Of a stretch of 64,000 nucleotides of DNA, positions 26,037 through 36,270 are shown in pieces. The stretch is from Pseudactinotalea sp. (lineage in GTDB: Bacteria > Actinomycetota > Actinomycetes > Actinomycetales > Beutenbergiaceae). Location of the stretch: NCBI GenBank assembly GCA_048594485.1, contig JBMDXU010000015.1, positions 2,660 through 66,659 of the forward strand, in the 5' to 3' direction. The number at the start of each line of letters is the position of its first letter. Positions within the stretch are counted from its first letter, which is position 1. Below the pieces are notes generated by a model. The model ran no database searches. It was not told where the DNA came from and worked only from the letters and a program-made list of their open reading frames with translations. The position numbers and the translations under genes are program-made.

Positions 26037-28505
26037 GTGGCGCGGCGCGTCCCGGTCTCCACCTACCGGCTGCAGCTGGGCCCCGACCTGAGCTTCGACG
26101 ACGCGCTGGCGCGGCTCGACTACCTCGACGACCTCGGCGTCACCGATCTCTATCTCTCTCCGATCCTGCAGGCGGCCCCCGGGTCGACGCACGGGTACGA
26201 CGTCGTCGACCACACCCGCGTCAGCGACGTCATGGGCGGGCGCGAGGGCCTCGAGCGACTAGTCGCCGGGGCGCGCGCTCGCGGGATGGGGGTCGTCCTC
26301 GACATCGTGCCCAACCACATGGCGGCGCCGACCCCTGCCTATCTCAACCGGGCGCTGTGGTCCGTGCTGGCCGACGGGCCGGAGTCGCCGTACGCGAGCT
26401 GGTTCGACATCGACCTGGCTGCCGGGCCCGTCCTGATGCCGGTGCTCGGACGGCGGATCGGCGCGGTGCTGGCCGACGGGGAGCTGGCGCTCGAGCCGGC
26501 ACCGGAGGAGGCCGGCGGCGACGGCATGGTGCTGCGGTACTTCGACCACGTGCTGCCCGTGCGCGCGGGGACCGAGCACCTGCCGATGGCGGAGCTGGTC
26601 GACCGGCAGCACTACCGGCTCGCGTACTGGAAGGTCGCGGACGAGGAGCTCAACTACCGGCGGTTCTTCGACGTCGGGACGCTCGTCGCAATCCGTGTCG
26701 AGCGCCGGGAGGTGTTCGACGCCACGCACGCGCTCGTGCTCGAGCTGGTGCGGGAAGGACTCGTCGACGGTCTGCGGGTCGACCACCCCGACGGGCTCGC
26801 CGACCCGCGTGGCTACTTCCGCTGGCTGGATGAGGCGACCGACGGCTCCTGGACGGTCGCCGAGAAGATTCTGGAGCCGGACGAGGTCCTCCCGAGCGAC
26901 TGGCCGGTCGCCGGCACCACCGGCTACGACACGGCGTGGCGCATCGGACAGGTGCAGATCGACCCGGCCGGCGCCGCCGACCTCGCCGGCGTGATGACCG
27001 AGCTCACGCCCGACACGCTGGGTGGGCTGCCGGCGTTGATCGAGTCGTCCAAGCGCGAGATCGCCACCGGCTCGCTCGCTGCCGAGGTCGAGCGGCTCAG
27101 CCATGTGGTGGCCGAGGAGTGCCGCGAGGACGTGCGGCTGCGCGACCACACGCTCGCCGCCATCCGGGACGGCCTGCGCGAGCTCGTCGTCGCGTGCGAC
27201 CGCTACCGCGCCTACGTGGTGCCGGGCGAGACGGCACCGCCGCTCAGCGTTGCCCTCGTGACGGAGATGGCCGAGCACGCCCGCGCCCACCTCGACCCCG
27301 ACCGGGCGGAGACGCTGGACCTGCTGGTCGCGCTCGTGCTCGGCCGCGAGGTCGGGAGCGCGGGACGCCGTCGGAGCGCCCGGCGCGACGAGATCGTCGT
27401 GCGGTTCCAGCAGGTCTGCGGGGCCGTGATGGCCAAGGGTGTCGAGGACACCGCCTTCTACCGCTGGACGCAGCTGACCAGCCTCTGCGAGGTCGGCGGT
27501 GCGCCGCAGAAGTTCGCCATCGCACCCGACGAGCTGCACGGGTTCGCCCACACGCTGCAGCTCGCGTCGCCCGCCACCATGACCAACGGTTCGACCCACG
27601 ACAGCAAGCGCGGCGAGGACGTGCGCGCCCGCATCGGCGTGCTCTCCCAGCTCGCCGGACCGTGGCGAGAGCTGGTCCACGCGCTGCGCTCCGCGACCGA
27701 CGCCTACCGCTCCCCCGGCCTGGACGGGCGCAGCGAGAACCTGCTCTGGCAGACCCTGGCGGGCACGTGGACCGCGGACGGGCCGATCGACGCCGAACGG
27801 CTGAGCGCGTACCTGATCAAGGCGGCGCGTGAGGCGAAGGACTGGACGACCTGGACCTCCGTCGACACCCAGGCCGAGTCCGAGCTGGTGTGGTTCGCGG
27901 AGTCGGTGCTCGCGGACCCGCAGGTGGGCGACCTGATGGCGGGCTGGGTGCGCCGGACGACGGAGCCCGTCCGCGCGGCGACCCTCGTCACCAAGGCGCT
28001 GCAGCTGACGCTGCCGGGTGTCGCGGACGTCTACCAGGGCACCGAGACGGCGACGATCGGGCTGGTCGACCCGGACAACCGCAGGCCGGTCGACGTCGCG
28101 CCCCTCGCGGCTGCGCTCGCGCGGCTGGACGAGGGCCAGCGTCCCACCGATCTCGGTGACGAGAAGCTGCGGCTGACCTCGACGCTGCTGCGTCTGCGCA
28201 GGTCCGAGCCGGACGCCTTCGTCGGCACGCGCGCCGGCTACGCCGCTCTTCCCACGACGACAGGTCACGCCTTCGCGTTCATGCGCACGCTCGACGGCGA
28301 CCCCTGCGTGTGCACCGTCGTCACCCGACTGCCGGTCGCGCTCGCATCGACCGGCGGCTGGGCGTCCCACACGGTGGTGCTGCCCGAGCCGCCCGACGGG
28401 CGGCGCTGGCGGGACGTCGTCGACGGCGCCGAGCACGACGGCGGGCCCGTCCCGCTCGCCGACCTCCTCAGCGCCTCCCCCGTGGCGGTTCTCAGCCTGG
28501 CCTGA
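26037..28505 (+). CDS. treY: Malto-oligosyltrehalose synthase TreY
   Basis: Track ORF trimmed to GTG 26037, 1 nt after the glgX stop (VARRVPVSTYRLQLGPDLSFDD...GVTDLYLSPILQAAPGSTHGYDV). GLRVDHPDGLADP is present. About 822 aa. Confidence 0.93.
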   Translation: MARRVPVSTYRLQLGPDLSFDDALARLDYLDDLGVTDLYLSPILQAAPGSTHGYDVVDHTRVSDVMGGREGLERLVAGARARGMGVVLDIVPNHMAAPTPAYLNRALWSVLADGPESPYASWFDIDLAAGPVLMPVLGRRIGAVLADGELALEPAPEEAGGDGMVLRYFDHVLPVRAGTEHLPMAELVDRQHYRLAYWKVADEELNYRRFFDVGTLVAIRVERREVFDATHALVLELVREGLVDGLRVDHPDGLADPRGYFRWLDEATDGSWTVAEKILEPDEVLPSDWPVAGTTGYDTAWRIGQVQIDPAGAADLAGVMTELTPDTLGGLPALIESSKREIATGSLAAEVERLSHVVAEECREDVRLRDHTLAAIRDGLRELVVACDRYRAYVVPGETAPPLSVALVTEMAEHARAHLDPDRAETLDLLVALVLGREVGSAGRRRSARRDEIVVRFQQVCGAVMAKGVEDTAFYRWTQLTSLCEVGGAPQKFAIAPDELHGFAHTLQLASPATMTNGSTHDSKRGEDVRARIGVLSQLAGPWRELVHALRSATDAYRSPGLDGRSENLLWQTLAGTWTADGPIDAERLSAYLIKAAREAKDWTTWTSVDTQAESELVWFAESVLADPQVGDLMAGWVRRTTEPVRAATLVTKALQLTLPGVADVYQGTETATIGLVDPDNRRPVDVAPLAAALARLDEGQRPTDLGDEKLRLTSTLLRLRRSEPDAFVGTRAGYAALPTTTGHAFAFMRTLDGDPCVCTVVTRLPVALASTGGWASHTVVLPEPPDGRRWRDVVDGAEHDGGPVPLADLLSASPVAVLSLA

Positions 28506-28551
28506 GGACGCCGTCGGCCGACGGCGGTCGTATGCCCTACCGTCGTCGGTG

Positions 28552-30363
28552 ATGACTTCCGCACCGCCCACCACCGTGCCGATCGCGGTCTGGGCCCCGC
28601 ACGCGACGAGCGTCGACCTCGTCGCCGAGGGCGACCAGACCCCGCTCACCCCCACCGCCGACGGGTGGTGGGAGCACGCCGCCGGCCTGCCGCACGGGAC
28701 CGACTACGCCTTTCGGCTCGACGGCGAGGGCCCGTACCCCGACCCACGCAGCGCGCACCAGCCCGCCGGCGTGCACGGCCCGTCGCGGGCGTTCGACGCG
28801 ACGGCCCACGCCTGGCGGGATGACGACTGGCAGGGCGTCGACGTCCGCGGCGCCGTGATCTACGAGCTCCACGTCGGCACGTTCACCGACGCCGGCACGC
28901 TCGACGCCGCCGTCGAGCGGCTCGACCATCTCGCCGATCTCGGCGTCGACATCGTCCAGCTGATGCCCGTCGCGGCCTTCCCCGGCCAGCGCGGGTGGGG
29001 CTACGACGGCGTCGCGCTCTACGCCGTCCACGACGCGTACGGCGGACCGGCCGCCTTGCAACGGTTCGTCGACGCCGCGCACTCCCGCGGGCTGGGTGTC
29101 GCCCTGGACGTCGTCTACAACCACCTCGGACCCGACGGTAACTACCTGGGCCTCTTCGGGCCCTACTTCACCGAGGCGCACCACACGCCGTGGGGCGCCG
29201 CCGTCAACCTCGACCACGACGGTTCCGCGCACGTGCGCGCCTTCGTCATCGAGAACGCGCGGCGCTGGTTCCGCGACTTCCACGTCGACGCGCTGCGTCT
29301 GGACGCCGTCCACGAGCTCCGCGACGACTCCCCCACCCACCTCCTCGCCGAGCTCTCGACGTCGGTGGCGGACCTCGCGACCGATCTCGGCCGTCCGCTC
29401 GGTCTCATCGCCGAGTCCGACCTCAACGACATCGTCATGGTCACCCCGGTGGCGGACGACGGGCTCGGCATGACGGCGCAGTGGGACGACGACATCCACC
29501 ACGCCATCCACGCGTTCCTCAGCGGCGAGCGGCACGGCTACTACGCCGACTTCGGCAGCATGGACACCCTTGTCGAGGCGCTCCAGCAGGTCTTCGTCCA
29601 CAACGGCACGTTCTCGAGCTTCCGCGGCCAGGTGTGGGGCGCCCCGGTGCCCGACGACGTCTCGCGCCATCGGTTCGTCGTCTCGACCTCCACCCACGAC
29701 CAGGTCGGCAACCGCGGCCTCGGCGACCGCCCGACCGAGGGCCTGTCCGCGGGTCAGACTGCGATCGGCGCGGCGCTGCTGCTCACCACGCCGGTCACCC
29801 CGATGCTGTTCATGGGCGAGGAGTGGGCGGCGCGCACGCCGTTCCGGTTCTTCACCGACTTCGAGGACGCCGATCTCGCGCAGGCGGTCCGCGAGGGCCG
29901 AGCAAGGGAGTTCGGAGAGCACGGGTGGGAGGCGATCTACGGCCCCGACGCCGAGTCGCCCGACCCGCAGTCCGAGGACACGTTCACGAGCAGTCGGTTG
30001 GACTGGTCCGAGCAGGACCTGCCCGGCCAGGCGCGCCACCTCGCGTGGGTGCGAGCGCTGATCGCGCTGCGCCGGCTCCACCCCGATCTGCGCAACGGCG
30101 ACACCGGGTCGATGTCGATCTCCTCCGACCCGGCCGAGGGGTGGCTCGTCCTGCACCGTGGTGCCGTGGACGTGCTGGTCAACACCGCCGACCGCGAGAT
30201 CGCGATCCCTCTCACGGACGGCTCTGCGGTCTCGGAGGGCCGGCGTGTGGTGCTCGCCTCCTGGGAGCCGCGCTCAGCGCCGGTCGCGGGCACGACGATC
30301 CGGATGGCTCCGCACGACGTGCTCATCCTCGATCGTGCCCGCGACGACGAACCTCGCCGCTGA
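28552..30363 (+). CDS. treZ: Malto-oligosyltrehalose trehalohydrolase TreZ
   Basis: MTSAPPTTVPIAVWAPHA... with GH13 regions DVVYNHLGPDGNY, DALRLDAVHEL, IAESDLND and STHDQVGNR. A GTG at 28549 is an alternative start. Confidence 0.93.
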   Translation: MTSAPPTTVPIAVWAPHATSVDLVAEGDQTPLTPTADGWWEHAAGLPHGTDYAFRLDGEGPYPDPRSAHQPAGVHGPSRAFDATAHAWRDDDWQGVDVRGAVIYELHVGTFTDAGTLDAAVERLDHLADLGVDIVQLMPVAAFPGQRGWGYDGVALYAVHDAYGGPAALQRFVDAAHSRGLGVALDVVYNHLGPDGNYLGLFGPYFTEAHHTPWGAAVNLDHDGSAHVRAFVIENARRWFRDFHVDALRLDAVHELRDDSPTHLLAELSTSVADLATDLGRPLGLIAESDLNDIVMVTPVADDGLGMTAQWDDDIHHAIHAFLSGERHGYYADFGSMDTLVEALQQVFVHNGTFSSFRGQVWGAPVPDDVSRHRFVVSTSTHDQVGNRGLGDRPTEGLSAGQTAIGAALLLTTPVTPMLFMGEEWAARTPFRFFTDFEDADLAQAVREGRAREFGEHGWEAIYGPDAESPDPQSEDTFTSSRLDWSEQDLPGQARHLAWVRALIALRRLHPDLRNGDTGSMSISSDPAEGWLVLHRGAVDVLVNTADREIAIPLTDGSAVSEGRRVVLASWEPRSAPVAGTTIRMAPHDVLILDRARDDEPRR

Positions 30364-30369
30364 CGCTCC

Positions 30370-31758
30370 TCAGCTCGACGACGCGGGCGGAGTCAGGTCG
30401 ATCGGCTGTCCGTAGGTGTCCGGCATCTTGAACCCCGGGAACAGGTCCATCTTGGGCGACACGAACGCCTGCGCCGTGGCGGCGGCCTCCTGGGCGTTCG
30501 CCGATCCCAGCGTGACCGACTGACGCGACCGGTCGAGCGCGTCCCACGCCGCGGTGCCGACCGGGAGGGGCGGCCGCGACGTCGACGATCCCATCATGTC
30601 CGCGAAGAACTGGGCCTTCGGGTTGTAGGTGCCGTCCGCGAGCGTCTGCAGGTACGTCGGCAGGCTGCCGAGCTGGGGCACGACGATGCTCTGCCCCGGG
30701 TTGGAGGCGTAGAACTTGAGGAACTCCCACTTCTTGCGCGTCACCTCGGTGCCCTTGGGGAACACGAGACCGAACCCGCCGGACCACGTGTAGGTGGGGT
30801 CGCCTTCGTTCCAGACGGGCAGCCATGTCCACCGCAGGTCGAGATCGGGGGCGTACTTCTCGTTGCCCTGGATCTGCCACGGACCGGTGGGCGTCATCAC
30901 GAGCTGCTGCCCGAACAGCGCCGTCTGCGCCGGGGGTGCGTTCGGTGGCTGGTAGGTGGCGAAGAACGCGTCGACCCGTGCGTACGGGAAACGCTCGACC
31001 CACTCGGCGTAGAGCTCGTAGACCGTCAGCCACTCGGGGCTGTCGAGCGTGGTCGACGTAGTGGCGTTGTCGTAGACCTGCGCCCCCACGCCGAACGCGT
31101 AGGTGTACGGCGAGCCGCCCTGGTCGAGCCAGGGAGCGAACCCGAAACGTGTGTAGTTGCCGTTCCCGTCGGTCTCGACGCAGGCCTCGGCGATCTCCGC
31201 CATCTCGTCCCAGGTCAGCACGTGCTGCTCAGGGTCGAACATGTCGAGGTCGAGACCGATCTCCTGCACGAGCTCGGCGTTGTAGAGGATGCCGCGTGCG
31301 TCCGTCGAGGTCGGCAGGCCGTAGAGCTTGCCGTCGTAGGTCACCTCGTCGACGGCGAAGCTGATCCACTGCTTGCGGAACTCCTCGACACTGACGCCCT
31401 CGAACTCCTCGATGTAGGGGTCCAACGGCTCCAGCAACCCGATCGAGGCGCTCTGCACGGTGTTGAAGCGGTCGATCCACCACACGTCCGGAGCGGTGCC
31501 GCCGCGCACGGCCGTGATGATCTGGCTCATGTCCCCGGCGCCGCTGGAGGGCACCTGCGAGATCGCGACGCGCGTCCCCTCGCCCTCCGGCGTCTGCGTG
31601 AAGGCGTCGACGACGGCCTGGTCCTTGTCGGCGTCGGCGGCGCCCAGACCCCAGTACCGGATGACGTCCGGGTCGTTCGAGACCTGGTTGGCGCACGACG
31701 GGAGAGCGATCGCGACCGTTCCCGCCCCCGCGAGCTGCAGGAACGTCCGACGCTTCAT
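30370..31758 (-). CDS. Carbohydrate ABC transporter substrate-binding protein (CUT1, family-1 SBP), secreted and probably lipid-anchored
   Basis: Track ORF trimmed to ATG 31758. MKRRTFLQLAGAGTVAIALPSCAN is a twin-arginine-like signal with a Cys lipobox-like site. The mature part has the typical SBP_bac_1 pattern. It is the last gene of a permease-permease-SBP operon. Confidence 0.88.
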   Translation of the reverse strand: MKRRTFLQLAGAGTVAIALPSCANQVSNDPDVIRYWGLGAADADKDQAVVDAFTQTPEGEGTRVAISQVPSSGAGDMSQIITAVRGGTAPDVWWIDRFNTVQSASIGLLEPLDPYIEEFEGVSVEEFRKQWISFAVDEVTYDGKLYGLPTSTDARGILYNAELVQEIGLDLDMFDPEQHVLTWDEMAEIAEACVETDGNGNYTRFGFAPWLDQGGSPYTYAFGVGAQVYDNATTSTTLDSPEWLTVYELYAEWVERFPYARVDAFFATYQPPNAPPAQTALFGQQLVMTPTGPWQIQGNEKYAPDLDLRWTWLPVWNEGDPTYTWSGGFGLVFPKGTEVTRKKWEFLKFYASNPGQSIVVPQLGSLPTYLQTLADGTYNPKAQFFADMMGSSTSRPPLPVGTAAWDALDRSRQSVTLGSANAQEAAATAQAFVSPKMDLFPGFKMPDTYGQPIDLTPPASSS

Positions 31759-31766
31759 GGAATCGG

Positions 31767-32681
31767 TCACTTGAAGCCTCCCAGGGTGATGCCGCGGATG
31801 AAGTAGCGCTGGAACACGAAGAACAGGATGATCAGCGGCAGGATCACGAGCACCGACGCCGCCATCAGCTGGTTGAAGGACACGTCCTGCGCGTTGACGC
31901 TGCGGAAGGTCTGCAGACCGATCGACAGCGTCTGCACGCGCTGGTCCTGCAGGTAGATCAGCGGCCCCATGAAGTCGTTCCAGGCGCCGACGGCGGAGAA
32001 GATCGCCACTGCGGTGAGCGCCGGCCGCGCCGTCGGGAACACGAGCTTCCAGAGGATGCGCCACTCCGAGGCGCCATCGACGCGGGCCGCGTTGAGCATG
32101 TCCACGGGGATCTGCAGCAGGAACTGCCGCAGCAGGAACGTGAAGAACGCGGAAGCGAACATCGCGGGCAGGATCAGCGGGAACAGCGTGTTCACCAGGC
32201 CGAGGCGCGCCCACATGTCGAACATCGGGATCAGCGTCACCGGGAACGGCAGGAACAGCGTCGCGATGACGACGTAGAACACCTTGTTCCGACCCGGCCA
32301 GTCGATGCAGGCGAAGCCGTACGCCACGATGAAGTTCGACACCACGGCGAGCAGCACGACACTGACCGTGATGATGGCCGAGTTCGCGAAGAACTGCAGG
32401 AACGGCATCGCCGTCACGGCTTCGACGTAGTTGCCGAAGTCCCAGCTCTGCGGCCAGAACGTCGGCGGGAAGAGCGCGAGCTCCTCGTCGGACTTGAGCG
32501 ACGACAGGATCATCCAGTAGAGCGGCAGCAGGAACAGCAGGCTCATGACGATCATGACGATGCGCGAGATCAGGGCGGACTGCCAGCTCGCCTTCGAGCC
32601 GTCCTGATGGCGACCGTAGTCGGCGCGGTCGGCGGCCTTCTCGTCCACCTGGTAGCTGGGTGCGTTGGTGCTCAGTGCCAC
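31767..32681 (-). CDS. Carbohydrate ABC transporter permease (MalG-type)
   Basis: 304 aa, six predicted hydrophobic helices, EAA loop NAARVDGASEWRILWKLVFPTARP. Confidence 0.9.
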   Translation of the reverse strand: MALSTNAPSYQVDEKAADRADYGRHQDGSKASWQSALISRIVMIVMSLLFLLPLYWMILSSLKSDEELALFPPTFWPQSWDFGNYVEAVTAMPFLQFFANSAIITVSVVLLAVVSNFIVAYGFACIDWPGRNKVFYVVIATLFLPFPVTLIPMFDMWARLGLVNTLFPLILPAMFASAFFTFLLRQFLLQIPVDMLNAARVDGASEWRILWKLVFPTARPALTAVAIFSAVGAWNDFMGPLIYLQDQRVQTLSIGLQTFRSVNAQDVSFNQLMAASVLVILPLIILFFVFQRYFIRGITLGGFK

Positions 32682-32709
32682 GTCAGGCTCCTTCCGGTCG
32701 GGCGCGTGC

Positions 32710-33696
32710 TCATGCGGCGTTGACGTCGTAGTTCACGAAGCGGCGCGAGAGGAAGAAGATCAGGAGCGCCAGCCCCATGCCGACCAGGAACAGCATCACC
32801 GCGAGCGCAGAGGCGTACCCCAGCTCGGCGAAGCCGAAGGCGTTGCGGTAGAGGTACATCATGTAGAAGAGCGCCCCGGAGTCGGGACCACCGGTGCCGT
32901 TGGTCACGATGAAGGCCTCGGTGAAGACCTGCAGGGCACCCGAGACGCCGGTGATGAGGTTGAACAGGATCACCGGGCTCAGCAGCGGCAGCGTGATCGA
33001 CAGGAACTGCCGACCGCGGCTCGCACCGTCCACGCGCGCCGCTTCGTAGAGGGTGCGCGGGACGTTCCGCAGCCCGGCGAGGAAGATCAGTGCGGCGTTG
33101 CCGGCGCCCAGCTGGGCCATCAGCACGATCGCGATCTTGATCCCCGTGGGATCGCCGAGCAGGTTGACGTCGGCACCGCCGAACGGCCGGATCAGCTGGT
33201 TGAAGAAGCCGAACTGGGGGTTGAGGAAGACGATGAAGATGAACGACATCGCGAACGCCGGGATCAGCGACGGCATGTAGAAGATCGTCCGGAACAGCGC
33301 GACCTCCCGCACGTTGCGGTTCATCGCCAGTGCGAGCACGAGAGCGACGACGAGGCCGATCGGGACGGCGAGCACGGCGTAGAAGGCCGTGTTGCCCACG
33401 GCCTTGCTGACCAGCGGGTCGGCGATCGCCGAGGCGTAGTTCTGCCAGCCGACCCACGTGGGAGAGAGCAGACCGGAGTACCGCGTGAAGCTGAGGATGA
33501 ACGAGTACGTCACCGGGTAGACCACGAACACCAGCAGCCCGATGATCCAGGGCGAGATGAACATCAGCCCCAGCCGCAGGTTCCGCTTCTGCGTGACGGT
33601 GAACCCGCGCTTGCCTCGCTCGGCGGCGCGCTGAGGGCGATCAGGTGGGCCAGAACCTGCGCTTGTGCGTTCGTCGACGGTCGTTGTACCGGTCAT
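32710..33696 (-). CDS. Carbohydrate ABC transporter permease (MalF-type)
   Basis: Track ORF trimmed to ATG 33696 (MTGTTTVDERTS...). EAA loop EAARVDGASRGRQFLSITLPLLSP. Confidence 0.88.
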   Translation of the reverse strand: MTGTTTVDERTSAGSGPPDRPQRAAERGKRGFTVTQKRNLRLGLMFISPWIIGLLVFVVYPVTYSFILSFTRYSGLLSPTWVGWQNYASAIADPLVSKAVGNTAFYAVLAVPIGLVVALVLALAMNRNVREVALFRTIFYMPSLIPAFAMSFIFIVFLNPQFGFFNQLIRPFGGADVNLLGDPTGIKIAIVLMAQLGAGNAALIFLAGLRNVPRTLYEAARVDGASRGRQFLSITLPLLSPVILFNLITGVSGALQVFTEAFIVTNGTGGPDSGALFYMMYLYRNAFGFAELGYASALAVMLFLVGMGLALLIFFLSRRFVNYDVNAA

Positions 33697-33855
33697 GGTG
33701 TCCCTTGCGACTCGGCGGCCACTGTGCCGCACCTGGATCCCGGGCTCGACCATCATGGACTAAACCGGATCAGTAAGTCACGACATCCACGCAGAAATCT
33801 CGCTGACCTGCGACAACGCCGTGTCGTCGGCCCGGCTGCCGGGCTCGCCGGCCGA

Positions 33856-34434
33856 TCAGGTGGCTGGTGACGTCAGCTTCTCCCGCAGGGCGAGCACGGT
33901 GCGCCAGTTGCGTGCCGTGGCGAGGTGCTGGCCCGCGGCCTTGCTCCGTCCGAGCTTGGTGGCCAGCGTGCTGCGTCCCATCCCGTTCGGCAGGTGCAGG
34001 TAGAGGACCCTCCCGACCACGGTGAGGTCGTCGTCGGAGCCGGCCTCGCGCATCTCGTCGCGAAGCCTCTCGGCCGCGGACCGTTGCGCCGCCGAGTACG
34101 GCTCCTGCGCGATCACGGCATGGAGCTTGGTGCCGTCGGTCTGGTCCGGGTACGGGTTGCCGTCGACGACGTCGTCCCACTGCGCCGCCGACAGCACGAC
34201 GACCACCGGCTCGATCCCGGCGCGCGCGCTGATCGACGCGCGCAGGTCGGTGGCGAGCGTCGCTGCCGAGGGTCGCCCTGCCGCGGTGAAGACGACGTTC
34301 CCGGACTGCACGTACGTGGCCACGTCGTCGTGCCCCAGGTCCTCGACGGCGGCACGCAGGTCGGCCATCGAGATCCGCACACCACCCACGTTGACCCCGC
34401 GCAGCAGTGCGACCTGACGTGTCATGGCAGCCAT
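33856..34434 (-). CDS. DUF1697 domain protein
   Basis: Track ORF 33856..34878, trimmed to ATG 34434 (alternative 34425). MTRQVALLRGVNVGGVRISMADLR...VATYVQSGNVVF...ATARNWRTV is the canonical DUF1697 pattern. Confidence 0.85.
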   Translation of the reverse strand: MAAMTRQVALLRGVNVGGVRISMADLRAAVEDLGHDDVATYVQSGNVVFTAAGRPSAATLATDLRASISARAGIEPVVVVLSAAQWDDVVDGNPYPDQTDGTKLHAVIAQEPYSAAQRSAAERLRDEMREAGSDDDLTVVGRVLYLHLPNGMGRSTLATKLGRSKAAGQHLATARNWRTVLALREKLTSPAT

Positions 34435-34473
34435 CCTGGACCCGGCGTCGGTGCCCCGCCATAGGTTGGTGCC

Positions 34474-34926
34474 ATGCCCACGCTGTTCACCCGCATCATC
34501 GACGGCGAGATCCCCGGCCGGTTCGTGTGGTCCGACGACGTCTGCGTCGCGTTCCTCACGATCGGACCGCTGCAGCTCGGGCACACGATGGTCGTGCCTC
34601 GTCGCGAGGTGGACCAGTGGGTCGACCTCGACCCGACGACGGCGGCGCACGTGCTCGACGTCGCCCGGCTGATCGGCCTCGCCCAGCGCGAGGAGTTCGG
34701 CGCCGCTCGGATCGGTCTGCTGATCGAGGGGTACGAGATCCCCCACGCGCACATCCACGTCTGGCCGAGCCGCTGCTGGGCCGACTTCGACCCCCACAAC
34801 GTGCTGACCGACGTCTCCGACGCCGCCATGGACGAGGCCGCCGCGCGGCTGCGCACCAGGCTGGCGGCGCACGGGCACGCCCAGGCGAGCGCGTCCGCCG
34901 CCCGTCCGTCAGAAGGAGTGTCATGA
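34474..34926 (+). CDS. HIT-family protein (HinT-like)
   Basis: 150 aa. MPTLFTRIIDGEIPGRFVW, the histidine triad HAHIHVWP, and a C-terminal tail of about 30 aa. Confidence 0.9.
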   Translation: MPTLFTRIIDGEIPGRFVWSDDVCVAFLTIGPLQLGHTMVVPRREVDQWVDLDPTTAAHVLDVARLIGLAQREEFGAARIGLLIEGYEIPHAHIHVWPSRCWADFDPHNVLTDVSDAAMDEAAARLRTRLAAHGHAQASASAARPSEGVS

Positions 34927-35345
34927 GTGATCTCGCGATGTCGCACGCCGAGCAGGACGCATTCCTGACCGAGGTGCGGGTCGGAGTGCTCGGAGTCGCC
35001 CGACCCGATGCTCCGCCGTCGTTGACCCCCGTCTGGTACCGCTACACCGATGGCGTCGTCGAGATCGTCACGGCCGGATCGACGGCGAAGCTCGCCCTGC
35101 TGCGCGAAGCGGGCTCGGCCTCGCTGTGCGTCCAGCAGGAGCAGCCCCCGTACCGCTACGTGACCGTCGAGGGTCCGGTCGAGGTCACGGCGACGCCGGA
35201 CGGTCTCGTCGAGACGATCGCCTCCCGCTACCTCGGTGATGACGAGGGCCGGGCCTACGCGTCCGGACCCGGGCAGCAGGACGACACCCTGATCAGGCTG
35301 ACCGTCACGACCCGTCGCTCGATCGACTTCTCCAAGCTCGGCTGA
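34923..35345 (+). CDS. Pyridoxamine 5'-phosphate oxidase-family (PPOX class, probably F420/FMN-binding) protein
   Basis: ATG 34923 overlaps the HIT stop (ATGA). 140 aa. The LTEVRVGVLGVARPDAPPSLTPVWYRY...VTVEGPVEV split-barrel pattern is present. Confidence 0.75.
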   Translation: MSDLAMSHAEQDAFLTEVRVGVLGVARPDAPPSLTPVWYRYTDGVVEIVTAGSTAKLALLREAGSASLCVQQEQPPYRYVTVEGPVEVTATPDGLVETIASRYLGDDEGRAYASGPGQQDDTLIRLTVTTRRSIDFSKLG

Positions 35346-35346
35346 C

Positions 35347-36237
35347 TCACGTCGGCAGCCGCAGCTCGGTCGACTCCCCCACCGCGACGTACCCGAGCCG
35401 CGCGTACAGCGCGTTCGACGTCGGGTTGTCGAGATCGGTGTAGAGGCACACTCGCGCGCCTTCCGCGGTGAGGCGGGCCGAGATCGCCGCGACGGCCGCA
35501 GCCGCGTATCCGCACCCGCGTCGGTCAGGAGGTGTGTACACCGGACCCACTCTCGCCACCCCCAGGTGCGGGCCGCTCGTCCCGAGCACGTGAACAGGCG
35601 CGCCCTCGCCGTCCTCCCAGACCCACAGACCGCCGCGCTCGATCCGCGCCAGCACCTCCGCACGGTCGGGGCTCGCTTGAGGGCTGGTGCCAGGTGCCCG
35701 GCCTGCCTGCTCGTCCGCCTCCCTCATGAACGCCGACAGCCACTCGACCAGCAGCCCGGCCTCGTCCTCATCGGGCGCTCGGAGCCCGCCACCCGGCGTC
35801 TCGGGGGTGACCAGCGAGGCCAGGACGTGCAGGCGCAGCCGCAGCCGACCGTCCAGCCTCGTGTCGTCCGACGAGACACCGGTGATCTGAGCGAACAACC
35901 GCTCGGCGGTGGGCGAGCTGCCGTAGACGGCCGTCACCGGCTCGCCACGGTCGATGACGGCTCGAGCGAGTGCATCGGCGGCGTCATCGCGCATGGGCAG
36001 CACGTAGACGGGGTACGGCTCGAAGGTGGCCGTCCGCATCGCCACACCGATCACGCGATCGCCGTCGTTCACGGTGGAGAACCATCGATACGGGCCCGTA
36101 GCCGGGCTGAGACCGTCCCGAACCCTGGTCGCGGCCGTCGTGACGACGGAGGCGACCACGGGATCGGCGCTCAGGAACTCGTGGGCCGTCTCCAAGAACG
36201 AACCCGCGTCCTCGACGATGGTGACGGTGTGGCTCAT
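35347..36237 (-). CDS. GNAT-family N-acetyltransferase with an N-terminal accessory domain
   Basis: Track ORF trimmed to ATG 36237 (MSHTVTIVEDAG...). C-terminal GNAT core VYTPPDRRGCGYAAAAVAAISARL...LYTDLDNPTSNALYARLGY. Confidence 0.8.
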   Translation of the reverse strand: MSHTVTIVEDAGSFLETAHEFLSADPVVASVVTTAATRVRDGLSPATGPYRWFSTVNDGDRVIGVAMRTATFEPYPVYVLPMRDDAADALARAVIDRGEPVTAVYGSSPTAERLFAQITGVSSDDTRLDGRLRLRLHVLASLVTPETPGGGLRAPDEDEAGLLVEWLSAFMREADEQAGRAPGTSPQASPDRAEVLARIERGGLWVWEDGEGAPVHVLGTSGPHLGVARVGPVYTPPDRRGCGYAAAAVAAISARLTAEGARVCLYTDLDNPTSNALYARLGYVAVGESTELRLPT

Positions 36238-36270
36238 GTCCCGATTGTGCCGCCCTGGGAGACTGCCTCG

